Shown: piece by piece, positions 8,790 through 16,243 of the stretch
Numbering within the stretch: the first letter of the stretch is position 1
How the letters are laid out: the number at the start of each line of letters is the position of its first letter
NCBI GenBank assembly: GCA_964467155.1
Contig: CAYXNZ010000003.1
Coordinates: 1 to 51,649, forward strand
Source: an uncultured Gammaproteobacteria bacterium
GTDB taxonomy: Bacteria; Patescibacteriota; Patescibacteriia; Patescibacteriales; GWC2-42-12
Length of the DNA: 51,649 nt
Direction: 5' to 3'
Made by a program: the position numbers and the translations under genes
Notes under the pieces: model-generated
The model's input: the letters and a program-made list of their open reading frames with translations, nothing else
Told to the model about the DNA's origin: nothing
The model's database searches: none

Positions 8790-10514
8790 ATGGATAAAAA
8801 AGTAAAAATAAATATAAACGACAAAGAGATTGTTTGTTCTGCTAACCAGACAATTCTAGAGATCGCTTTAGAGAATGATATTTTTATACCTTCATTATGT
8901 TATCATACGGATTTTAAGCCTAGAGCTAATTGTCGAGTTTGTGTAGTGGAAATTGAAGGTAAAGAAAAATTAGCAACATCTTGTAAAACGAAAGTTAAAG
9001 ATGGAATGAAAATAAAAACTAATTCGTCACGAGTTAAGCGAGCTAGAAATTTGAATATTGAATTAATTTTTTCTGAGCATATAGAAAAATGTCCAACCTG
9101 TATTTGGCGTTACAATTGTAAATTATTAGAATTGGCAGATAAATATAAATTAGAGATTACCAGATTTAAAGACAGAAAAGCGAAACGTAAAATTTATAAA
9201 TTTGATAATGCGGTAGAAATTGATGGTACGCAGTGTATAGACTGTCGTAATTGTGTTGATGCTTGTTCAATTTTACAAAATATTAATTATTTAGAAATAC
9301 AAGGTAAGGGGGTGGAGCAGGAAATTGTACCAACTAAAGATAAAAAAATAGAATGTATAAATTGCGGTCAATGTGCGGTGCATTGTCCAGTTGGAGCAGC
9401 TCAAGAACAAACTCATTGGGAAATGGTTAGAAAGGCAATTGCAGATAAAAATAAAATAGTTATTGCGCAATTTGCTCCAGCCATCAGAGTTAGTCTGGGT
9501 GAAGAATTTGGATTACCTTATGGGAAAATAGTAGTAGATCAAATGGTAGCTGGGGCTCGTGAGCTCGGTTTTGACTATGTTTTTGATGTTAATTTTGGGG
9601 CTGATATGACAACCGTAGTTGAAGCAGAAGAGCTAATTAAGAGAATAAAGAATAAAGGCGTAATACCCATGATGACATCTTGTTGTCCAGCTTGGGTTAA
9701 ATATGTTGAGTTTTATCACCCTGAATTAATTGGTAATTTAACTATGTCTCGGTCGCCCCATATTCATAACGGCGGTATTATTAAAACGTATTGGGCAGAA
9801 AAAATGAATCTAAAACCAAAAGATATTATAGTTGTTTCTATTATGCCTTGTACTGCTAAAAAATTTGAAAGTGCTAGAAGCGAAATGAAAATTAACAGGC
9901 ATTATCCTGTTGATTATGTTTTAACCACTCGAGAATTTGCTTTTATGTTAAAAGACAATAAGATTGATTTAACAAATATTAAAAAAAGTCGAGCTGATTA
10001 TCCATTGGGAGAATATAGTGGAGCAGCCGCTATTTATGGTGGAAGTGGTGGTGTTGTAGAATCAGCGATTAGGACAGCCGAGTTTATGCTTGGCGGTAGA
10101 AAAGGTAAAGTGCAAAACAGTAAATTAAATCTAAAAGAAGTTAGGGGTTTAGCTGGAGTTAAGGAGACGACAGTTGATGTTGCCGGAAAACAAATTCGAG
10201 TAGCTGTTGTGAATGGTATTGGTAATATTGAACCAATTATAAAAAATATTAATAATTATGATTACATAGAAGTGATGGCTTGTCCTGGCGGATGTATTGG
10301 TGGTGGTGGTCAACCAATGCCAACTACCGATGAAACGAGAAAAAAGAGAATTGAAGCTTTATATAAATTAGATAAAAGTAAAAAAATAAGGAAAGCACAC
10401 GAGAATAAAAGCGTACAAGAAGTATTATCTTGGTTGAAAGAACAAGACGGAATGGAGCATAAAATTCTTCACACAACATACAAAAAAAGAAAATCAAGTA
10501 TATTTAAAGTGTAA
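8790..10514 (+). CDS. hydA: Group A [FeFe]-hydrogenase catalytic subunit with [2Fe-2S], His-ligated [4Fe-4S], 2x[4Fe-4S], H-cluster and fused small-subunit domain
   Basis: H-cluster motifs L1 TSCCPAW, L2 MPCTAKKFE, L3 EVMACPGGCIGGGGQP are all intact; HIEKCPTCIWRYNC; CIDCRNCVDAC; CINCGQCAVHCP. Confidence 0.95.
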   Translation: MDKKVKININDKEIVCSANQTILEIALENDIFIPSLCYHTDFKPRANCRVCVVEIEGKEKLATSCKTKVKDGMKIKTNSSRVKRARNLNIELIFSEHIEKCPTCIWRYNCKLLELADKYKLEITRFKDRKAKRKIYKFDNAVEIDGTQCIDCRNCVDACSILQNINYLEIQGKGVEQEIVPTKDKKIECINCGQCAVHCPVGAAQEQTHWEMVRKAIADKNKIVIAQFAPAIRVSLGEEFGLPYGKIVVDQMVAGARELGFDYVFDVNFGADMTTVVEAEELIKRIKNKGVIPMMTSCCPAWVKYVEFYHPELIGNLTMSRSPHIHNGGIIKTYWAEKMNLKPKDIIVVSIMPCTAKKFESARSEMKINRHYPVDYVLTTREFAFMLKDNKIDLTNIKKSRADYPLGEYSGAAAIYGGSGGVVESAIRTAEFMLGGRKGKVQNSKLNLKEVRGLAGVKETTVDVAGKQIRVAVVNGIGNIEPIIKNINNYDYIEVMACPGGCIGGGGQPMPTTDETRKKRIEALYKLDKSKKIRKAHENKSVQEVLSWLKEQDGMEHKILHTTYKKRKSSIFKV

Positions 10515-10524
10515 TTTTAATTAT

Positions 10525-10788
10525 ATGGAAAAACAACATCTGGCGACAATAACAATTTTAGTTAGTGATCGTCAAAATAATTCTCAACAAGTTAATGAAT
10601 TATTAGCTCAAAATGGACATTTAGTAATGGCTAGACTAGGTGTTAATGTTCAGCGTAAATGTTTTGAAAATTGTTTAGCTTTAATGACTATAGCTGTTGA
10701 TGGTACAGAAAATGAAATTAAAGAATTAACTACGAAATTAAATAATTTTTCTGGCGTAAAAGCAAAAAATAATATAATGACAAAATAA
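10525..10788 (+). CDS. TM1266-family putative iron-only hydrogenase system regulator (ACT-like fold)
   Basis: 87 aa, ITILVSDR..NSQQVNELL......VMARLGV pattern; directly follows hydA. Confidence 0.7.
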   Translation: MEKQHLATITILVSDRQNNSQQVNELLAQNGHLVMARLGVNVQRKCFENCLALMTIAVDGTENEIKELTTKLNNFSGVKAKNNIMTK

Positions 10789-10789
10789 T

Positions 10790-11323
10790 ATGTTATATTC
10801 AAAAATACAATTATTAGAAAAAATTCAATTTAAGCCAATGGCAAATTTTCTTACTTTGTCGAGTGTGGCTGTTTTTTTACCTTTTGTAATTCATATTCAA
10901 TGGATAACTGGGCCGATAGTAAATATGATTTTAATTGTGACGCTTTTTCTCGTTGGTTTAAGAAGTGCTTTAGTTTTGTGTCTAATACCTAGCTTGATGG
11001 CTTTGTCTGGTGGATTGTTACCAGCAGTTTTGGCGCCAGTCGTGCCTTTTATTATGATTAGTAATGTAATTTTGGTTTTATCAATTGATTGGTTTTATAA
11101 TAATTCAAAAAGTCAGTTTAATGGTTATCTCGGAGGTGTGATTATTGGGGCTAGTCTAAAATTTATCTTTCTTTTTTTAAGTATAGATTTTATTAGTCGT
11201 TTACTAATTAACCAAGGATTAGTTGCTAAGGTAGCACAAATGATGAGCTGGCCACAATTTGCTACGGCGATTACCGGTGGTTTATTGGCTTGGATGATAT
11301 TAAAATGGCTAAAAAGAGTGTAA
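10790..11323 (+). CDS. ECF-type S-component-like membrane protein
   Basis: About 6 TM helices, QWITGPIVN, P...MISN and terminal WPQFATAITGG; 1 nt after the previous stop. Confidence 0.55.
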   Translation: MLYSKIQLLEKIQFKPMANFLTLSSVAVFLPFVIHIQWITGPIVNMILIVTLFLVGLRSALVLCLIPSLMALSGGLLPAVLAPVVPFIMISNVILVLSIDWFYNNSKSQFNGYLGGVIIGASLKFIFLFLSIDFISRLLINQGLVAKVAQMMSWPQFATAITGGLLAWMILKWLKRV

Positions 11324-11356
11324 AATAAAATTGTAGTTTTTTAATGAAAAATATTT

Positions 11357-11746
11357 ATGCTTAATGCAATAATTAAAATTTTTAAGCACAGAGCGTCTGG
11401 TTTAAAAACTAATAAAAATTTAGTTTATACCGCCATATCTAAGCATTGTTTTTATTTCCGAATGCATATTTCAAAATTTGTTTTAGAACAGCAAAAAGTT
11501 CCATTAAATCCTTTCATGTCTTTCGAATATTTTTTATTAGATACTGTTGATAGGGATTTAATCAGAGAAGCAAATAATAATTTAGTTATGAAATCAGATG
11601 AACTATGGGTGTTTGGACCAATTTCCGATGGAGTTATAGCAGAAATTAAAATAGCCAAGGATGCAAAAAAAATAATTAAATATTTTAAAATAAAAGAATC
11701 AAGGGAAATAGTTGAAATAAAAGAAAATGAAGTAGTAATAGAGTAA
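11357..11746 (+). CDS. Hypothetical protein, nucleoside 2-deoxyribosyltransferase-like (DUF4406-like) fold; start uncertain
   Basis: PLNPF...SDELWVFGPISDGVIAEI pattern. Confidence 0.45.
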   Translation: MLNAIIKIFKHRASGLKTNKNLVYTAISKHCFYFRMHISKFVLEQQKVPLNPFMSFEYFLLDTVDRDLIREANNNLVMKSDELWVFGPISDGVIAEIKIAKDAKKIIKYFKIKESREIVEIKENEVVIE

Positions 11747-11865
11747 TAATCAAAAATTTTAAAACTAAAAAAATATATCAGAATAAAGATGTTTTAGATT
11801 CAATCTGTTTATAAATTGTTAACAATTTTAGGTGTTAAACGGTAATTTCTGTGGACAGCTTCGTA

Positions 11866-11894
11866 TTGACAATTGTTAAAAAATAGCATACAAT
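11866..11894 (+). promoter_or_regulatory. Near-consensus sigma70 promoter TTGACA-N17-TACAAT
   Basis: TTGACA 11866-11871, 17-nt spacer, TACAAT 11889-11894. Confidence 0.75.
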
Positions 11895-11899
11895 AGTCT

Positions 11900-12080
11900 G
11901 CCCAGACGGATGGGATGAATGGAGGATCATTAGTCATCTTCTGGAATGTTTTTATCAAATTGAACATGACTGGTAGTACGGCTTTGAAATTGAGAATATT
12001 TTTATCTTTCAATTTTATGGCCTGTATTCTCTAATGGTATGCGAGTCCAGAAGAATGACTAATGTCTTTCGACAATTTCA
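11900..12080 (+). ncRNA. Candidate 6S-like RNA (rod with central bubble)
   Basis: Closing stem 11921-11945/12046-12070; inner stems 11977-11983/12019-12026 and 11986-11998/12003-12016; promoter directly upstream; about 180 nt. Ends approximate. Confidence 0.55.
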
Positions 12081-12152
12081 TTTTTGACTTTTAGCTTGAA
12101 AAGTTATATAGTTTTATTAAGAACGACTAATTATTTTAGTCTTTTTTATTAT

Positions 12153-13658
12153 ATGAAAATATCCGAAGAAGCAATCAAAGTTTTGCGATTGTTAGAAAAA
12201 AATAAGTTTGAAGCTTATGTCGTGGGTGGTTGCGTGCGTGATTTGTTATTGGGTAACGAACCAAAAGATTGGGATATAACGACTAATGCTCGACCAGAGC
12301 AAATGCTAAAAATATTCCCTGAGGCAAAATATGAAAATGTTTTTGGCACAGTTATTTTGCCGATTAAAAATAAAGACGGCCAAACCGAACAAGTTTTAGA
12401 AATTACTACTTATCGGAGCGAACAAGGTTATAGCGATCGTCGACATCCAGACGAAATAAAATTCGAAGATGAACTAGATAAAGATTTAGAAAGACGTGAT
12501 TTTACAATCAATGCTATGGCTTTAAGACCCCTCCATAGTCCTCCCCTTGTAAAGGAGAGGAAAAACAAAGCTCCCCTCCTTGGTAAGGAGGGGCTGGGGG
12601 AGGTAGAAATTGTTGATTTTTTTGGTGGACAAAAAGATTTGAAGAAAAAAATTATTCGTTCAGTTGGTGAACCAGCCGATAGATTCAAAGAAGACGCTCT
12701 GCGAATGATGCGGGCCATCAGATTTTCTTGTCAACTAAATTTTGTCATTGAGGACAAAACAAAACGAGCGATAACAAAATTGGCTGGTAGTTTGAAGTTT
12801 GTTTCTCAAGAAAGAATCCGTGATGAATTAATTAAAATATTGGATTCAAATAAAGCCTACGAGGGAATAATGCTTTTGTATGAATTAAAGTTATTACAGT
12901 ATATTTTACCAGAAGTAGAGAGGGGAGTTGGTGTAGACCAAAATCGTCATCATACTTATACGGTTTTTAAACATTTAGTTTTATCTTTAAGGTATTGCCC
13001 GAGTAAAAATTGGCGAGTTAAATTGGCTTCGTTGCTTCACGACGTAGCTAAACCACAAACAAAAAAGTTTATCAAAGGTGACGCGACTTTTTATAATCAT
13101 GATGTTGTTGGGGCTAAAATTAGCCAAAAAATAATGAAGAGATTAAGATTTTCTAATGATGATATTGAACAAGTTACAACTTTGGTCCGTAATCACATGT
13201 TTTATTATAATGTTGATGAAGTAACAGAGTCGTCAGTCAGGCGTTTGATTCGTAAGGTTGGTGTGAAAAATTTAAAACATTTAATTGATTTACGAATTGC
13301 TGACCGACTGGGGTCTGGCGTGCCAAAGGCCAAACCATATAAACTTCGCCATTTAGAATATATAATGGAAAAAGTGCAGAACGATCCAGTGTCAGTAAAA
13401 ATGTTGAAAATAAATGGTGATGACTTAATTAAATTATTAAAGATTGAACCAAGTCCCAAAATTGGAACTATTTTGGATGTTTTATTGTCAGAAGTTATAG
13501 AAGACCCAGAGTTAAATGATAAAAAAATTCTAGAAAAAAGGAGTGTAGAGTTAAATAAGCTAGAATTAAAAGAATTACGAGAGCAAGCCAAAGAAAAAAT
13601 TGAGGATAAAAAAACTGACGATGACATGGAATTAAAAAAAGAGTTTTGGGTAAAATAG
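12153..13658 (+). CDS. cca: CCA-adding tRNA nucleotidyltransferase with HD domain (start moved to ATG 12153)
   Basis: YVVGGCVRDLLLG, DWDITT, RRDFTINAMA, EDALRMMRAIRF, SQERIRDEL, LLHDVAKP. Confidence 0.92.
   Translation: MKISEEAIKVLRLLEKNKFEAYVVGGCVRDLLLGNEPKDWDITTNARPEQMLKIFPEAKYENVFGTVILPIKNKDGQTEQVLEITTYRSEQGYSDRRHPDEIKFEDELDKDLERRDFTINAMALRPLHSPPLVKERKNKAPLLGKEGLGEVEIVDFFGGQKDLKKKIIRSVGEPADRFKEDALRMMRAIRFSCQLNFVIEDKTKRAITKLAGSLKFVSQERIRDELIKILDSNKAYEGIMLLYELKLLQYILPEVERGVGVDQNRHHTYTVFKHLVLSLRYCPSKNWRVKLASLLHDVAKPQTKKFIKGDATFYNHDVVGAKISQKIMKRLRFSNDDIEQVTTLVRNHMFYYNVDEVTESSVRRLIRKVGVKNLKHLIDLRIADRLGSGVPKAKPYKLRHLEYIMEKVQNDPVSVKMLKINGDDLIKLLKIEPSPKIGTILDVLLSEVIEDPELNDKKILEKRSVELNKLELKELREQAKEKIEDKKTDDDMELKKEFWVK
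12527..12604. repeat. In-frame inverted pair of REP-like palindromes inside cca
   Basis: CCTCCCCTTGTAAAGGAGAGG (12540-12560) and CCCCTCCTT-GGT-AAGGAGGGG (12573-12593) with GC-rich tails, directly after RRDFTINAMAL. Confidence 0.75.
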
Positions 13659-13687
13659 ATTAGGGAATCATAAAATAGTAATTAGTT

Positions 13688-14641
13688 TTGAAATATGTTC
13701 ACATGAATATAGAAAATAAAATTAAACCACAATTTTTCAACCAGATGTATGGTGTTAAAGAAGATCCTCGGATTATAAATCAAGAGGAAAAACCAATTCG
13801 GTGTCAGATAATTCTAACTAATAAATGTAATTTAAATTGTTCTTTTTGTGGCACTAAAAAAAGAAATAAAAGACTTTATTTTGATAAAAAATTATTATTT
13901 AAAGCATTGAAAAATCTTTCAGAGATAGGTTGTCAAAAAATAGTATTTAATGGAGGTGGTGAGCCGTTACTATATCCTTATTTTATCGATGCTGTAAAGC
14001 AGGTAAAAAACACCGGTATGAGAGTTGGACTTGTTACTAACGGGACGTTAATAAGTAAATATAGCTCTTCGTTATGGAAAAATTTTGATAGTATAAATGT
14101 TTCTTTAAATGCTTCAAGGGGTAATTATAAAGTCGTGCATGGTATTGATAAATATAATGATGTTATTGACGGACTAAAAATGTTAAATAAAATCAATAAT
14201 TGCAAAATAGGGATTTCCTATGTTTTTTCAGAAAAGTCATCAATTAAAGATTTAAAAACCTTAATTAAAGATATAAAAAATTTTAGTATTAATCATTTGA
14301 GCATACAGAATGACGGTTTAAAACCAATAATTAATATTAAATCTAAATTGCTCAAAAGTGATTTTTTAAATATTCCTATATATTTTGACTTGGATAGAAA
14401 AATACCTAAACATTGTTTAATATATTGGTATGGGCCGAGCATTGATTGTGACGGGCTTGTTTATCCTTGCTGTACTTATCAAATAAAGAGGAGAATGCCC
14501 ATGGGTCACTGCAGTGAATTAAAAAAAATTTGGGAGGAGCATAAATATAAAGTAGACACTTCTAAATGTCTTCATTGTTATCACCGAGCAATTAATAATT
14601 TTTTGTATAAGAAAAAAATTGAATTTAAAAAGGACAAATAA
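13688..14641 (+). CDS. Radical SAM protein with C-terminal SPASM/twitch-like Cys cluster (start may be ATG 13703)
   Basis: CNLNCSFC, FNGGGEPLL, TNG; C-terminal C...DGLVYPCC...CLHCYHR. Confidence 0.8.
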   Translation: MKYVHMNIENKIKPQFFNQMYGVKEDPRIINQEEKPIRCQIILTNKCNLNCSFCGTKKRNKRLYFDKKLLFKALKNLSEIGCQKIVFNGGGEPLLYPYFIDAVKQVKNTGMRVGLVTNGTLISKYSSSLWKNFDSINVSLNASRGNYKVVHGIDKYNDVIDGLKMLNKINNCKIGISYVFSEKSSIKDLKTLIKDIKNFSINHLSIQNDGLKPIINIKSKLLKSDFLNIPIYFDLDRKIPKHCLIYWYGPSIDCDGLVYPCCTYQIKRRMPMGHCSELKKIWEEHKYKVDTSKCLHCYHRAINNFLYKKKIEFKKDK

Positions 14642-14652
14642 AATTTTAGACT

Positions 14653-15243
14653 ATGAAAAAATATAATTATAATAAAATAAAAAAAGAGGTTGAGAAAATT
14701 GTTAAACAGGCGAATGACAGCAAAAGAAATTACTTTTCTGATACGGTTTAGAAATATCATATCCAACCAGTTGTAAAATATAGTTTAATATTAGGTAGAA
14801 AACTAAAGGCTGATATGGAAGTTTTGGAGTTGTCAGCTCTGTTACATGATTATGCTTCTTTAGTTGATAAGAAATTATACAAAGAGCACCATTTGCATGG
14901 CGCTAAATTAGCTGAAAAGATTTTAAGTGATTTAAATTATTCAGAAGAAAAAATTAAGCATATTAAAGATTGTATCCTGAGTCATCGAGGAAGCCTTAAT
15001 ATAAAAAAGAAAACAATTGAAGCAAAAATATTGGCTTCAGCTGATGCAATGGCACATATTACAGAATTAGTTGATATGTTTTATTTGACTTTTGGTGTAT
15101 ATAATTTTAAAACTACAGCAGGGGCAAAATGGTTAAAAAGTAAATTAATCAGAGATTGGCAAAAAATTATGCCAGAAGGTAAAAAATTGATTAAGGAAGA
15201 ATATAATTTAGCAATAAATTTATTAGACAAAGCAATGAAATAA
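14653..15243 (+). pseudogene. HD-domain phosphohydrolase interrupted by one in-frame TAG (14749-14751)
   Basis: Frame from ATG 14653 reads ...SDTV*KYHIQPVVKYSLILGRKLKADMEVLELSALLHDY; the first HD-family His lies upstream of the predicted ORF start at 14815. Confidence 0.7.
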
Positions 15244-15267
15244 AATTATAATAAAATTTACACAATT

Positions 15268-16008
15268 ATGAAAAAAATAATCCCAATATTATTTTTATTT
15301 TTGTTTATTATTGGTTGTTCCGTTGGTGGAGGATTTAAATTCAATGAAAAAATTGCATTTGAAAGTATAGGCAACTATAATGAAAGCGACGTGTTAACTA
15401 GAATAAACGAAATTAAGGGCGGTCGAACGCCAGAAATGAAACCGAGTAAAAAAACTTCATTAACTAAACAAGAAAACATGGAAACACAAGCACAAAATCA
15501 AACTCAGCTAGAGCCGTTGTCTGATCAATATAATCAGGCTGTTCTAAAAACAAATTTTGGTGATATCAAGGTAGCTTTTTACGCTGATGAATCACCAGTG
15601 ACAGTTAACAATTTTTTGAATCTAGCTAAAAAAGGTTTTTATGACCAGACAAAATTTCATCGAGTAATTCCTGATTTTATGATTCAAGGCGGGGATCCAA
15701 ACAGCAAGGATGATGATTGGTCAAATGATGGACAAGGTGGACCAGGCTATCAATTCCAAGATGAAATCAATGAGCATAAATTAGTCAGAGGTTCGCTGGC
15801 GATGGCTAATTCCGGACCGAACACTAATGGCTCGCAATTTTTTATTGTTACAGCCGAGGCAACTAGTTGGTTGGACGGCAAGCATACAAATTTTGGCTAT
15901 ATAGTTGATGGAATAGAAGTAGTTGATAAGATTGAGGCTGTTAATGTTAACGAGAATGCTCATCCAACAGAAGATGTAATTATTGAGAGCATTGAATTAT
16001 TGGAATAG
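15268..16008 (+). CDS. Cyclophilin-type peptidyl-prolyl cis-trans isomerase with N-terminal signal/lipoprotein-like extension
   Basis: FHRVIPDFMIQGGDP, LAMANSGPNTNGSQFFI, WLDGKHTNFG. Confidence 0.93.
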   Translation: MKKIIPILFLFLFIIGCSVGGGFKFNEKIAFESIGNYNESDVLTRINEIKGGRTPEMKPSKKTSLTKQENMETQAQNQTQLEPLSDQYNQAVLKTNFGDIKVAFYADESPVTVNNFLNLAKKGFYDQTKFHRVIPDFMIQGGDPNSKDDDWSNDGQGGPGYQFQDEINEHKLVRGSLAMANSGPNTNGSQFFIVTAEATSWLDGKHTNFGYIVDGIEVVDKIEAVNVNENAHPTEDVIIESIELLE

Positions 16009-16085
16009 TAAATATAAAGCATTAGTTTTTTAAAATAGTTGTGAATATACGTAGAAAGAATTGCAGTTTACGTAATTGAAAAAAT

Positions 16086-16148
16086 AAGCTGCCGCTTGGG
16101 CGTTACTTTTTGTAACCAAAAAGTACTCAAAAAGTCTTGGGGTGCTTT
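16086..16148. repeat. 63-nt dispersed repeat, copy 1, with hairpin TACTTTTTG-TAAC-CAAAAAGTA
   Basis: 59/63 identical to 29534-29596. Confidence 0.85.
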
Positions 16149-16150
16149 TA

Positions 16151-16175
16151 GATTCCCGCCTACGCGGGAATGACA
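16151..16175. repeat. REP-like palindrome GATTCCCGCCTACGCGGGAATGACA
   Basis: Same family as 1-193 and 49655-49748. Confidence 0.85.
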
Positions 16176-16191
16176 GGAAAGGGGGGGGGGA

Positions 16192-16231
16192 GGGCTGTAG
16201 CTTCCCGCTAGTCAGCGGGACAGGCAGCCCG
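16192..16231 (+). pseudogene. Possible collapsed tRNA relic GGGCTGTAGCT^CAG..CAGCCCG with an 18-nt palindrome inserted
   Basis: tRNA-like 5' start, perfect hairpin TCCCGCT-AGTC-AGCGGGA at 16203-16220, and CAGCCC complementary to the GGGCTG start. Confidence 0.4.
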
Positions 16232-16243
16232 CCAACACTTATT

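Noticed and set aside
11813-11828. Perfect palindrome AAATTGTTAACAATTT as an operator
   Set aside because: Single AT-only-flanked occurrence in an AT-rich genome, and no regulator can be assigned.
11809-12012. 67-aa minus-strand ORF
   Set aside because: TTG start, no motif, and antisense to a promoter-driven structured RNA candidate.
13688-14641. Radical SAM gene as hydrogenase maturase HydE/HydG
   Set aside because: It has a SPASM/twitch-type C-terminus, lacks recognisable HydE/HydG motifs, and is separated from the hyd operon by cca.
14749-14751. Genome-wide TAG (amber) recoding suggested by three in-frame TAGs
   Set aside because: Conserved genes such as cca, the PPIase, uppS, queH and murJ end in TAG at their expected C-termini; TGA also acts as a stop, so code 25 is excluded too.
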